Program-made: the position numbers and the translations under genes
In this document: piece after piece, positions 1-8,964 of the stretch
Position numbering within the stretch: the first letter of the stretch is position 1
Layout of the letters: each line of letters starts with the position of its first letter
Source of the DNA: a virus
Length of the DNA: 64,000 nt
Virus record (IMG/VR): IMGVR_UViG_3300036766_002288
Span: 96,001 to 160,000 of that record
Reading direction: 5' to 3' (one strand)
Notes under the pieces: generated by a model
Told to the model about the DNA's origin: nothing
Database searches by the model: none
What the model saw: only the letters and a program-made list of their open reading frames with translations

Positions 1-1
1 T

Positions 2-166
2 CTTTATTGGCAGGGTGAATTCAATGTAGGAATAGGACACAAAAGCACAGCAAAAATGGGCATGTTCGTTAATTTAGACAAATCTCAAGGTATTGTATTG
101 GATGAAATCGGACATGAACTTAGTATGGTTGGCATCTATGAAAATAAAGATACTATAATTGGCTAA
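2..166 (+). CDS. Partial hypothetical protein (3' end; runs off the window start)
   Basis: Open frame from position 2 (LYWQGEFNVG...KDTIIG) to TAA at 164-166, converging on the next gene. Confidence 0.55.
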   Translation, partial: LYWQGEFNVGIGHKSTAKMGMFVNLDKSQGIVLDEIGHELSMVGIYENKDTIIG

Positions 167-702
167 ACTAAAGAAGGTGCGGCCAAAGGAATGATAGTCG
201 CTGGCCAAACTTTGTTTTGGTCATGCTGCACGCCTAATAAGATTGAAATAAGTGGCACGTTGTCATGTGCAGCGATCATCCTGCTCTTATTTTGAATCAA
301 AGTGTTGCTGTAGACTGGTCCTACCGCTTTTGAGTGAGCAATAGTGATATGTGGTGTGCCGTTTGTAATAGGCAACGCAGGGCTTGAAGAGACAGTGACA
401 GCGGCACAATTGTCGTCAGAAAAGAATGATAAAGTATATAATTCCACTTTTTGGCCAAAAAACTGATGTAGTGTCTGAATATCAGCGGCTTGAGGTTTGA
501 ATTTGACGGTCATGTGATGGGCACGAAATGTCCATCCCATAGGGATATTCCTGCCATTTTGTTCCATGAATAGCTTTCTAGCCAAACCTATCAGGTGATT
601 CTGGCTTATCTTTTCCAAAACACAACCAATGTAAGCAAACTGTCTTGCGTCAGGCAGTGCCATTTGTTGCTCCATTTCATTGAACCAAAGTGAGAACTCC
701 AT
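163..702 (-). CDS. 2H phosphoesterase (cyclic phosphodiesterase-like)
   Basis: Two HxT motifs (HHMTVKF, PHITIA). Start moved to ATG 702 (MEFSLWFNE), directly behind ACTATATA. Confidence 0.7.
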   Translation of the reverse strand: MEFSLWFNEMEQQMALPDARQFAYIGCVLEKISQNHLIGLARKLFMEQNGRNIPMGWTFRAHHMTVKFKPQAADIQTLHQFFGQKVELYTLSFFSDDNCAAVTVSSSPALPITNGTPHITIAHSKAVGPVYSNTLIQNKSRMIAAHDNVPLISILLGVQHDQNKVWPATIIPLAAPSLV

Positions 703-750
703 TGCAATATATAGTAATGTCTTTATAATGTTTGTAAAGGAGAATTTTCC

Positions 751-969
751 ATGAATCCCTCTCTCAACAATATTAGGGTACGGCATAGTATGCTATTATC
801 ATTGTATGTTTCTATGAAAAACTACCTTGAATGTCTTGAACATGGCTATATGGGGGAAATAAGCCCTTACGAAAAAACATTGGCAGATGAAATGAAAGAT
901 ACTCTATTAAAAATGGAAAGCACTTGCTTAGATTATTTTAAAGAAGAAGGGAGAATTATAGGAGAATGA
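751..969 (+). CDS. Hypothetical protein
   Basis: 72-aa ORF with ATGA coupling to the next gene. Confidence 0.5.
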   Translation: MNPSLNNIRVRHSMLLSLYVSMKNYLECLEHGYMGEISPYEKTLADEMKDTLLKMESTCLDYFKEEGRIIGE

Positions 970-1466
970 TTAATTTATTACCATTTTTTGCAGGAATATC
1001 TTCGTTATTGATGTTTCCTTTGGATTTTGAACTTAAAACAGAACTTAAAAATGACCAATGTTCAATAGAGACTGTCTGTAAAGTCACAAAAGCTGGAGAC
1101 ACTTACACTTATCTTTACAGTATTAGAAATACTGGTAATACCACAGTAAAGGTTAAATGGGATGCACTAGATAAAGCCTTGAATATGGGAAGAGATATTG
1201 ATATGATGTGGGAAGTGGAACCTGGGGAGAATTTGAATTTCATACTTGAGCATCCAGACCCACCTCAAGAAGTAGGTGGTAGAGTTCAATCCCATTCATT
1301 ACTTAGTAAGAAAGATTTAGACAAAATGGTAAAGGGAATGCAGGCACTCCCAAACGGAATCAAAGTTGATATTCCAGTCTCTAAGCTCTATCAGATAGAC
1401 ACACGTTACGCTAGTGGTATTTTACCAAAAGCGTTCTTAACCCCAGCATTTATGCCACGCAGATAA
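966..1466 (+). CDS. Putative exported protein
   Basis: Hydrophobic N-terminus (MINLLPFFAGISSLLMF) followed by a beta-rich segment (YTYLYSIRNTG); GGAG RBS. Confidence 0.5.
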   Translation: MINLLPFFAGISSLLMFPLDFELKTELKNDQCSIETVCKVTKAGDTYTYLYSIRNTGNTTVKVKWDALDKALNMGRDIDMMWEVEPGENLNFILEHPDPPQEVGGRVQSHSLLSKKDLDKMVKGMQALPNGIKVDIPVSKLYQIDTRYASGILPKAFLTPAFMPRR

Positions 1467-1481
1467 AAAAGGAAAAAAATT

Positions 1482-1784
1482 ATGCCTTACGTTAGATTAG
1501 CTGCAAGAAATCGTCTCGATAATGGCCTACACGCCATGTTACAATACATGCCCGCTGACGCAAGCGAACTAAATTATGTCTTAACCAGGATTTGTGATAC
1601 ATTCATAAATACCAAAGGTAAGAATTATCAAAATCTCAATGAGGTTATTGGCGCGATTGAATGTATGAAGCAAGAACTTTACAGGCGTGTAATTGCTCCC
1701 TACGAAAATACAAAGATCGACGAAAATGGCGATGTATACGGCATGGTAACATCTAAGCCCAAACCACCAGAAATTCCGAGGTAA
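1482..1784 (+). CDS. Conserved phage hypothetical protein
   Basis: MPYV...ELNY...ELYRRVIAPYENTKIDENGDVY pattern, recognised as a common small phage family. Confidence 0.6.
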   Translation: MPYVRLAARNRLDNGLHAMLQYMPADASELNYVLTRICDTFINTKGKNYQNLNEVIGAIECMKQELYRRVIAPYENTKIDENGDVYGMVTSKPKPPEIPR

Positions 1785-1787
1785 ATT

Positions 1788-2390
1788 ATGAACAGAAGAT
1801 TTTTCGTGAAGGCCATATTTGGCATTTTAAGTCTACTAGGTTTTGGTAAAACCTTAGAGGCTAAAGAAAGTTCTATATACAAATATAACAAGATTATTCG
1901 CAAGTGCGATGAGGCTACGTTAGATGAGTTTAGAAATTTCGCATGTATTAAAGAAGATGGCACGTCTATTCCTGTGCCTATTATATGGGCATCTGATAGA
2001 CAGGTTAATGACAATCTATTACTTGTATGTCCAATTGGACATACAAGTAACCCACAATTTGAAAAAATAGAAACAGATAAGCATATGGAGGCTTTGAGAG
2101 ACAGGACTGTTAAAGTAGAAGTGCCACCTCTTTGTCCACCATTAATGAATCTTTTCTCTAGTGATATCATACCTGCGGATAAAATTGGAATTATATATAA
2201 CTTAACTATCAGAACCTTCTACAAGGAAGACATGAATCAAATTCTCGAAAGAATTATAATTAAATTCCATCCTACTTTCACTAATTCTGTGGGAACATAC
2301 ACTTTACTTGAAATGTGTAATAACGAAAATGATGAAGGTGCGGTAAAGCCAATTATATACGCTATAAGATTTAGGGTAGATTTGAAATGA
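1788..2390 (+). CDS. T4 gp15-like tail terminator domain with Tat-like signal peptide
   Basis: IPVPIIWAS and YNLTIRTFYKEDMNQILERIIIKFHPTF match recalled gp15 motifs (RVPITYAS; YELSIFTRYEDDMFQIVEQILPYFQPHF); N-terminus MNRRFFVK plus hydrophobic stretch. Confidence 0.55.
   Translation: MNRRFFVKAIFGILSLLGFGKTLEAKESSIYKYNKIIRKCDEATLDEFRNFACIKEDGTSIPVPIIWASDRQVNDNLLLVCPIGHTSNPQFEKIETDKHMEALRDRTVKVEVPPLCPPLMNLFSSDIIPADKIGIIYNLTIRTFYKEDMNQILERIIIKFHPTFTNSVGTYTLLEMCNNENDEGAVKPIIYAIRFRVDLK
2019..2050. repeat. 32-bp perfect palindrome
   Basis: TTACTTGTATGTCCAA|TTGGACATACAAGTAA; both strands translate as LLVCPIGHTSN in the ORF track. Confidence 0.95.
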
Positions 2391-2626
2391 TAAATGATGA
2401 AGAAATTTTGCGTAAGCTATTAGCCCTTGGTGAGCGGTTTACGACAGAGCAGTTGGATGAAGTGTTTTTAGAAATCTGGGATAATACCTTCGATGCTAGG
2501 CTACATTGTTCTTCATTAAGAAAACGTGGCTACATTGATTATTTGTCTGATGATGAGTGGAGATTGGAGATTACTGAATTTGAAATTAATGAAAAGTTTG
2601 GCAGCAACGGTAAACAGGATAATTGA
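2387..2626 (+). CDS. Hypothetical protein
   Basis: 79-aa ORF coupled to the previous gene. Confidence 0.45.
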   Translation: MINDEEILRKLLALGERFTTEQLDEVFLEIWDNTFDARLHCSSLRKRGYIDYLSDDEWRLEITEFEINEKFGSNGKQDN

Positions 2627-3011
2627 AGAATTGAGTTTCTTTTTCTTGAGAGTGCATAATTACGCACTTCCAAAAATGTGTATGGGTATGCAAGTAATTA
2701 AGTGGCCACAATCCTTTATAAGTAAAACAAACAATACGTTTAAAACATTTATATCAACCCTTCAATGTACTGGTCAAGAACGCCGCGACAATCAAATTGA
2801 AATATCAAAATACGACCCATTCATAGTAAGAGATTTTGAAAAAGTTTATGCCGTTTATGGTGGTGCAGTTTTAGAAGAATGTAACTATTTAGAATTCATG
2901 AGTGAAGAGATTCTAAAAAAAAGTGGTTGGATACATCCGACTTTAGCAACCAAGATAAGAAGATTAACAGCAACCGAAAGGAAATCATATGAGAAAAGTA
3001 GTAGTATTTAG
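2526..3011 (+). CDS. Hypothetical protein (true start probably later)
   Basis: Open frame; its 5' part overlaps the previous ORF. Confidence 0.45.
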   Translation: MATLIICLMMSGDWRLLNLKLMKSLAATVNRIIEELSFFFLRVHNYALPKMCMGMQVIKWPQSFISKTNNTFKTFISTLQCTGQERRDNQIEISKYDPFIVRDFEKVYAVYGGAVLEECNYLEFMSEEILKKSGWIHPTLATKIRRLTATERKSYEKSSSI

Positions 3012-3720
3012 TGGTGCAGGGTTATCAGCGGAATCTGGGATTCCAACATTCAGGGATTCGAATGGGCTATGGGAGAACCACAAAGTAGAAGATGTAGCCC
3101 ATCCTAGCGGTTGGGCAAAAGATAAAAACTTAGTCCTAGAGTTCTACCGTCAGCGTTTTGAAAGTGTAAAAAACTGTGCCCCTAATGAAGCCCACAAAAG
3201 TATTGCTCGACTTCAAGACAAATTTGAAGTTGTAAACATAACACAGAATATTGATGATTTGCTTGAGAGAGCAGGTTGTAAAGAAGTTCGTCATTTGCAT
3301 GGCAGTATTAATAAGCGAAAGTGCGAATGGCATAAGTCCTGTTGTATGTTAGATGGTGATTCAAGATATATTTGCAACTATGCAACTGACCATACAGAAG
3401 CTGTTAAACTAGGAGATTTGTGCCCGAAATGTAGTGGTCAATTACGTCCAGATGTGGTATGGTTTGATGAGCCAGTCGCCTTTGAATTTGAGACTATGCA
3501 CGAGCTAGTTCGTGAAGTCAAATACAACAATGGAGTGTTCATATGCATAGGAACATCCGCTCAAGTCCATCCCGCTGCCGCATTGATCCCATTATTTGTC
3601 CAAGTGGCTAATAAGTATATAATTGATTTGAATGCCAGACCAATTGGTAACTACACATTACTAAAAGGCAGTGCTAGCGAGAAGATGAAAGAACTGGCTG
3701 ATAAACTTTTGGAGGTATAG
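2989..3720 (+). CDS. cobB: Sir2/CobB-family NAD-dependent deacylase
   Basis: GAGLSAESGIPTFR, TQNIDDLLERAG, LHGS, Zn-binding Cys, RPDVVWF, IGTS motifs. Confidence 0.9.
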   Translation: MRKVVVFSGAGLSAESGIPTFRDSNGLWENHKVEDVAHPSGWAKDKNLVLEFYRQRFESVKNCAPNEAHKSIARLQDKFEVVNITQNIDDLLERAGCKEVRHLHGSINKRKCEWHKSCCMLDGDSRYICNYATDHTEAVKLGDLCPKCSGQLRPDVVWFDEPVAFEFETMHELVREVKYNNGVFICIGTSAQVHPAAALIPLFVQVANKYIIDLNARPIGNYTLLKGSASEKMKELADKLLEV

Positions 3721-3926
3721 TGGGAGTTATATTTTGCGATGGTTGGTCAATACCAATTTCAGAATCAGCCGAAGAAAAAGCCGATGCGAAAAAAAGAGAA
3801 ATTGAATTCCTGGCAAAATGGTATAAGCCTGGCGGCGGTTGTTTTATTGAGACTCTTATGCAACATGGTTGTCAATGTGGCGAGTTTCAAAAAGAGATGA
3901 GATGGAAAAATGGAAATAATAATTAA
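3720..3926 (+). CDS. Hypothetical protein
   Basis: 68-aa ORF in a tightly packed run. Confidence 0.4.
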   Translation: MGVIFCDGWSIPISESAEEKADAKKREIEFLAKWYKPGGGCFIETLMQHGCQCGEFQKEMRWKNGNNN

Positions 3927-4101
3927 AAAACGAAAGCCACTTCCTAAGCATTGGTATAGGCAACATATCGCGGAATGTCCAGTTTGTGGTGCTGACCATA
4001 GTTCCAGAGAAAGGGTATTTGGAGAAAAGCCAAAAGACCCTAAAGAAATATATAGCTACTCTGTGGCCTATGACTGGTGTGATATTGATGGAAGATATTA
4101 A
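3910..4101 (+). CDS. Small hypothetical protein with CxxC
   Basis: CPVCG motif; GAGATGG upstream. Confidence 0.45.
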   Translation: MEIIIKKRKPLPKHWYRQHIAECPVCGADHSSRERVFGEKPKDPKEIYSYSVAYDWCDIDGRY

Positions 4102-4102
4102 A

Positions 4103-4546
4103 ATGAGTATCTCAGACTATTATCCAGAAGAAAAAGCGGTCGGGCCACATAAAAAATTCATGATGTTTTTCACCGACAATCTAGTACCTTGGGTCGGTGG
4201 TAATGTTGAATTTGGTGTGGATTTCTTCGGTTGTCTCATACTTTGTTCGACCTATAAACACATGAAGAGAGTGTTGTCAGGTCGGCCAGAAGTTGAAGAA
4301 TTTAGACAAAAATGGAATAAAGAAATCACTCCAGTAGAGTTAGATGCATTTATCAATTGGGTACTAAGACCAGATTCAGAAGAGGGTTTAAGTGCTTATC
4401 AAAACTTATTTGCGGCAATTGTTTTAGCCCTGGAACCTTTCTATAAGACAGATGAATATGCAAAATTATACATAGACAACTCAGCAAAAACAGGTGGTAT
4501 TGTAGGATTCCTAGCTAGGGAAATACAAGAGAGAAACTTGGCGTAA
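4103..4546 (+). CDS. Hypothetical protein
   Basis: Start moved to ATG 4103 (MSISDYY), just after the previous stop. Confidence 0.55.
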   Translation: MSISDYYPEEKAVGPHKKFMMFFTDNLVPWVGGNVEFGVDFFGCLILCSTYKHMKRVLSGRPEVEEFRQKWNKEITPVELDAFINWVLRPDSEEGLSAYQNLFAAIVLALEPFYKTDEYAKLYIDNSAKTGGIVGFLAREIQERNLA

Positions 4547-4550
4547 TTTT

Positions 4551-4571
4551 TCTATGGATTTAGAAACCACC
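4551..4571 (+). pseudogene. Remnant 5' fragment of the downstream exonuclease gene
   Basis: TCT ATG GAT TTA GAA ACC ACC = SMDLETT versus SVDIETT at 5416-5436. Confidence 0.55.
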
Positions 4572-4588
4572 TTACTCTCTAATAAGAT

Positions 4589-5407
4589 ATGAGATACAGA
4601 TTAACCGATGAACAAAATTTAGATATTGCAAAGGCTTTCAGTAATGGGGACTCGATAGATGTGTTAGCCACAAAATACAATAAACATAAAGCTTCTATTC
4701 GAAGAATACTATTTAAATTTGATATATTTTCTAAAAACACTAAAAGCAAAACTAAGGGTGGTTTTTCATATAAAGATAAGCTAAAAATTATAAATTTATA
4801 TACCATTGAAAAAAGAGGCAAATCTTACATAGGTAAACTTTTTAATGTGTCAGATTTCAATATCAATTATTGGCTCAAAAAGTGGGGTGTAAAGTCCATT
4901 TCCCGTTCTGATATTTCTACTAAAATACGTGAGATTTATGGTCCTACTAAAGGATTTGGAGGTCGTAAGCATAAAGTAGATTCGAAAATTAAAATATCAA
5001 ATAGTCTTTATGCTTCCTGGGAAGACGATAGAGAGCCAATGATAGGTAAATCACGTACTTATGATACTATAATTGGTAAAGTATTGGGGACGTGGGAAGT
5101 GGCATATTTACAAAAGTTGAAAACCAACAATGAACAATTACCTACACTTTGTCATAAAAGATATAAAACTCCTTATGGAAGTTATAAACCTGACTTTGAG
5201 TTCAACGATAGGTTTATAGAAATTAAAAGCGAGTTCACTTTAAAAGTGGCAAAAGGTAAATATAAAAGTCATGGTAAATATTCGAATAATCAGTTTAAAA
5301 AAATAAAATATGTCAATGACAATATTAAGAAGATTGAAATTATAGTGCTGGACAAGGATGAAGCTATTTCCTATTTTAAAATGGCAAAAAAAGGAATATT
5401 GAAATGA
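4589..5407 (+). mobile_element. Free-standing homing endonuclease (HTH repeats, NUMOD3-like motif, PD-(D/E)xK nuclease)
   Basis: Repeated HTH-like segments, GFGGRKHKVDSKIKIS, C-terminal YKPDFEFNDRFIEIKS; Lys-rich. Confidence 0.7.
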
Positions 5408-6009
5408 AATACGTGAGCGTAGACATAGAAACAACAGGTTTAAATCATGAGAAATGCACCATACTTGAATTCGCAGCCGTAGTTGATGACTTAAATTTGC
5501 AAGAGCCAATTGAAAAATTACCTAAGTTTCAGACTTATGTAAGACAAGAATACTACAGTGGTGAACCATATGCTCTTGCGATGCACTGTGAAAAATTTCA
5601 AAAGATATCTAATTGGCGTGCAAATGGAATTGACGTTTGTTATCCTGAGACACTCATCAAGAAATTTCATACTTTCTTGATAACATTCGGTTATCAAGAA
5701 ACTGGCAGAACTCATTCATCTTTAAAAGATGGTTATATTAAAATAAATGTTGCTGGTAAAAACTTCGCTAATTTTGACAACAGATTTATAGAGAAACTAC
5801 CAGATTATGATAAAATGATTAAAGTTGGACATAGGATTTTAGACCCTGTAATGCTCTATTTTGATCCTAAGAAAGATATTGACCATCTGCCAAGTATGGC
5901 TGAATGCATGGAACGTGCAGGAATCAGTGGTGAAGTTCCACATTCAGCATTAGAAGATGCTGTTTTGGTTGTTAGATTACTAAGACATAAATTTCCTATT
6001 AAAGAGTAA
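5404..6009 (+). CDS. DEDDh 3'-5' exonuclease (DnaQ/oligoribonuclease-like)
   Basis: DIETTG, GKNFANFD, HSALEDA motifs. Confidence 0.85.
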   Translation: MKYVSVDIETTGLNHEKCTILEFAAVVDDLNLQEPIEKLPKFQTYVRQEYYSGEPYALAMHCEKFQKISNWRANGIDVCYPETLIKKFHTFLITFGYQETGRTHSSLKDGYIKINVAGKNFANFDNRFIEKLPDYDKMIKVGHRILDPVMLYFDPKKDIDHLPSMAECMERAGISGEVPHSALEDAVLVVRLLRHKFPIKE

Positions 6010-6016
6010 ATAACAC

Positions 6017-7306
6017 ATGATTACAGACCGTTGGCATGGTATTACTCGTCCTTATAATATAGATCAGATCAGAAGACTCCAAGGTTCTTTTGTCGAAGAA
6101 CACAGCTTGGCAACATTGACTGCCGAAAAACTTTGGGAAAGACTAAATGATAAGCCTTACCTTCATGCATTAGGAGCGGTTACAGGTAATCAGGCCATGC
6201 AAATGGCTAAAGCTGGCTTACCTGCGATCTATTGTTCTGGCTGGCAAGTTGCTGCTGATAATAATGATTCAATGCAAATGTATCCTGACCAATCCTTATA
6301 CGCTGTAAATAGCGTCCCTAATTTAGTTCGCAGAATCAATAATTGTTTAAGACGAGCCGACCAAATTCAGTGGATGGAAATATGTGCAGGGGGCAAATGC
6401 ACCACTGATTATTGGGTTCCTATTGTCGCTGACTGTGAAGCAGGCTTCGGTGGTCCACTCAACGCTTTTGAATTAACAAAAGCAATGATTGAGGCAGGTG
6501 CAGCTGGAATTCATTTTGAAGACCAGTTATCTTCAGCTAAGAAGTGTGGCCATCTAGGTGGTAAGGTTCTGATTCCAGCGTCCCACTTTATCAAGACCCT
6601 GATTGCGGCACGGTTAGCTGCCGATGTTTGCAATGTCCCAACAGTTATCATTGCGCGAACAGATGCAGATAGTGCTAAATTACTAACTTCAGACATAGAT
6701 GCATTAGATGCACCTTTCATAAAGCGTAAAGATGTTTCACTTGTGGGTAATTTTGGTGATACATTAACAAAGTGGGAAGTGTGTAGGACTTCCGAAGGAT
6801 ACTATGAAATAACTGGTGGTATAAACATGGCCATAGCTAGAGGATTGGCCTACGCACCATATGCTGATCTATTGTGGTGTGAAACCTCTCATCCTGACAT
6901 AAATGAAGCAAAAACTTTCGCAGAGGCTATTCATGCCAAATATCCTGGTAAGTTACTGGCTTATAATTGCTCACCCAGCTTCAACTGGAAAAAGCATCTA
7001 AATGAGAGACAGATTGCTGATTTCCAGAAGGAATTGGGACAAATGGGCTATAAATTCCAATTTATTACTCTCGCAGGCTTCCATGCTCTAAATCAAAGTA
7101 TGTTTGATTTAGCACTAGAATATGGCAAGAGAGATATGGAAGCTTACGTAGACTTGCAAGAAAGAGAATTTGATCTACAACACTTTGGTTATACAGCAAC
7201 CAAACACCAGAGAGAGGTCGGTGTTGGTTACTTTGATTTAGTTGCAGAAACTCTTGGCTCCCAATTAACCGCTTTGGACGAATCTACTGAGAAGGAGCAA
7301 TTCTAA
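6017..7306 (+). CDS. aceA: Isocitrate lyase
   Basis: [10 protein letters not shown] catalytic motif, [40 protein letters not shown]; 429 aa. Confidence 0.95.
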   Translation: MITDRWHGITRPYNIDQIRRLQGSFVEEHSLATLTAEKLWERLNDKPYLHALGAVTGNQAMQMAKAGLPAIYCSGWQVAADNNDSMQMYPDQSLYAVNSVPNLVRRINNCLRRADQIQWMEICAGGKCTTDYWVPIVADCEAGFGGPLNAFELTKAMIEAGAAGIHFEDQLSSAKKCGHLGGKVLIPASHFIKTLIAARLAADVCNVPTVIIARTDADSAKLLTSDIDALDAPFIKRKDVSLVGNFGDTLTKWEVCRTSEGYYEITGGINMAIARGLAYAPYADLLWCETSHPDINEAKTFAEAIHAKYPGKLLAYNCSPSFNWKKHLNERQIADFQKELGQMGYKFQFITLAGFHALNQSMFDLALEYGKRDMEAYVDLQEREFDLQHFGYTATKHQREVGVGYFDLVAETLGSQLTALDESTEKEQF

Positions 7307-7602
7307 TGATAGAAGTATTCGCAGATGGCAAAACATTGTCCAACGGAATTTATGTTCAAAGAAAAATTTATTGGGCGGACTGTGAAGTGGCAGGTTGGCC
7401 ACTCGACAAGCCTTGGTTGGCCACAATTAACGTTGGTTCATGGCATTATTCCTCTAGAGGAAACGCAACCAAAGAGGAAGCAATAAAAGATTTATTCGAA
7501 TATATGCAGGAACAAATTAAAGCTCATAAAGACCAGTTAGAATTCCAAAATAATAGGCTCAAAGAACTAACCGAATTTCTAGAGAAGTATAATACTAATT
7601 AG
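7306..7602 (+). CDS. Hypothetical protein
   Basis: 98-aa ORF coupled (TAATG) to aceA. Confidence 0.5.
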   Translation: MIEVFADGKTLSNGIYVQRKIYWADCEVAGWPLDKPWLATINVGSWHYSSRGNATKEEAIKDLFEYMQEQIKAHKDQLEFQNNRLKELTEFLEKYNTN

Positions 7603-7786
7603 GGTCTGAATCCGCCAACCTTTTCAAAGCCTTGCGAAGCATTTTTGCTATCCATTGAGCGTGTTTCTTGGAATCCCTTTCAAACGATTGAAGGGTAAAT
7701 CCTTGGTGGTCAATTGAAAATTCTACTGTCCAAGCCTTCTCAGAGTGCCAAGCAGGTTTGACTCTTACCTTCCATTTCGATTTCAT
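7595..7786 (-). CDS. Hypothetical protein
   Basis: 63-aa ORF coupled to the end of fbp. Confidence 0.45.
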   Translation of the reverse strand: MKSKWKVRVKPAWHSEKAWTVEFSIDHQGFTLQSFERDSKKHAQWIAKMLRKALKRLADSDPN

Positions 7787-8910
7787 GACGCATCCCTAAT
7801 TTTAAATTCCTTCTCCAAGGAATCAAGAGCATCTACAATACCAGTGTACGCCAATTCTGCCTTAGATGCCATGTTAATTCCAAAGAAGCCCTGTCTCCTG
7901 AACTCTTCTGCCTTCTGAGCAATCTTCAGTCTGGTTGCATCCCATACTGTGTTAGCAAAAATATCGACATGTTCAGAGAGTTTGCCCTGCCCATTTAATG
8001 AAAATGCTATACAGGACACAATAGGCAAACAATATGCCCCAGCTACTGGTGAATTGATTGGCATGGGCATTATAGGCATATTATGCGACCCGCGAGCATC
8101 ACCAGTTACATAATGTCCTAATAAATAAGGCTCAATAACCTCTTCTGGTGCTGGGAACATGCCTTGTGTCCTAATAATGGCCACAGGATCGTCCTTGCCA
8201 GTGTATTTGCCAGCAATATTGTGCAATCTAGTTGCGGAAACCGCAACTGTTTGCTCATCTGGCTTATATCTAGAATGAATTTGTTCGACACCGAATTTAT
8301 CAATATCCCTGAGAAGGACTGCAACATCCCATATGCGTTCTGGAACATCCAACTCAATTAACTTATCCCCATCCTTATTATCCATGTCCATAATGGTGAA
8401 CTTAAATCCCTTCTTCATTTTGGGATTCAATAATAGACCACCATCATGCATTGGATCACAAAAAACTTGATAAAGTGGCAGATTATAAGCCCCTGGCCCA
8501 CATTTATCAGCAGCAAATACTAAGAAAGACTCAGCAGGCCGCTCTTTGGTCAGAAGCTCAAATTCAATCTCAGCCACCGCTGGCCCTGCGCCTCTTACGT
8601 TACCTGAAGGTGCGTCCACAAGAAGGTCTTGGCCAGCCCCATACAAACCTTCAACACTTGCTATTTTGGTGGCGTCTTTGAATGTTTGCCATGCAAAATT
8701 ATGGACTTCTGTATTTAATTTACCCTTATCATGTACCATTATTAAACATATATCATCGCCCGTATGAGTGACTCTGCCATCAATCAGGAGTTTATTCAGC
8801 ATGGCGGTACCAATTGCAGAATGACATTGGTTCATCATCATGCTAGATGGCTCAGTATGCCCGCCAATAGAGCCAACGTCAGCTTTGATTACAGAGATAG
8901 TGACTTTCAT
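7783..8910 (-). CDS. fbp: Class V fructose-1,6-bisphosphate aldolase/phosphatase
   Basis: SVIKADVGSIGGH, GDDI, GQDLL..SGN..G.GP, ADK..PGA.N, GKYTGKDDP (Schiff-base Lys), RGSH. Confidence 0.92.
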   Translation of the reverse strand: MKVTISVIKADVGSIGGHTEPSSMMMNQCHSAIGTAMLNKLLIDGRVTHTGDDICLIMVHDKGKLNTEVHNFAWQTFKDATKIASVEGLYGAGQDLLVDAPSGNVRGAGPAVAEIEFELLTKERPAESFLVFAADKCGPGAYNLPLYQVFCDPMHDGGLLLNPKMKKGFKFTIMDMDNKDGDKLIELDVPERIWDVAVLLRDIDKFGVEQIHSRYKPDEQTVAVSATRLHNIAGKYTGKDDPVAIIRTQGMFPAPEEVIEPYLLGHYVTGDARGSHNMPIMPMPINSPVAGAYCLPIVSCIAFSLNGQGKLSEHVDIFANTVWDATRLKIAQKAEEFRRQGFFGINMASKAELAYTGIVDALDSLEKEFKIRDAS

Positions 8911-8964
8911 GAATTGTTCTCGCTAAAGGAAGTTATTTAATGATACTGAAATGATTGTTGGAAA

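Noticed and set aside
1700-2170. Minus-strand 156-aa ORF sharing LLVCPIGHTSN with the plus-strand gene
   Set aside because: The shared peptide is a consequence of the palindrome; the ORF is an antisense shadow.
4546-5407. Group I intron carrying the endonuclease
   Set aside because: The ORF fills the interval with no space for a ribozyme core, and the downstream gene has its own complete start. The same applies at 49483-50271.
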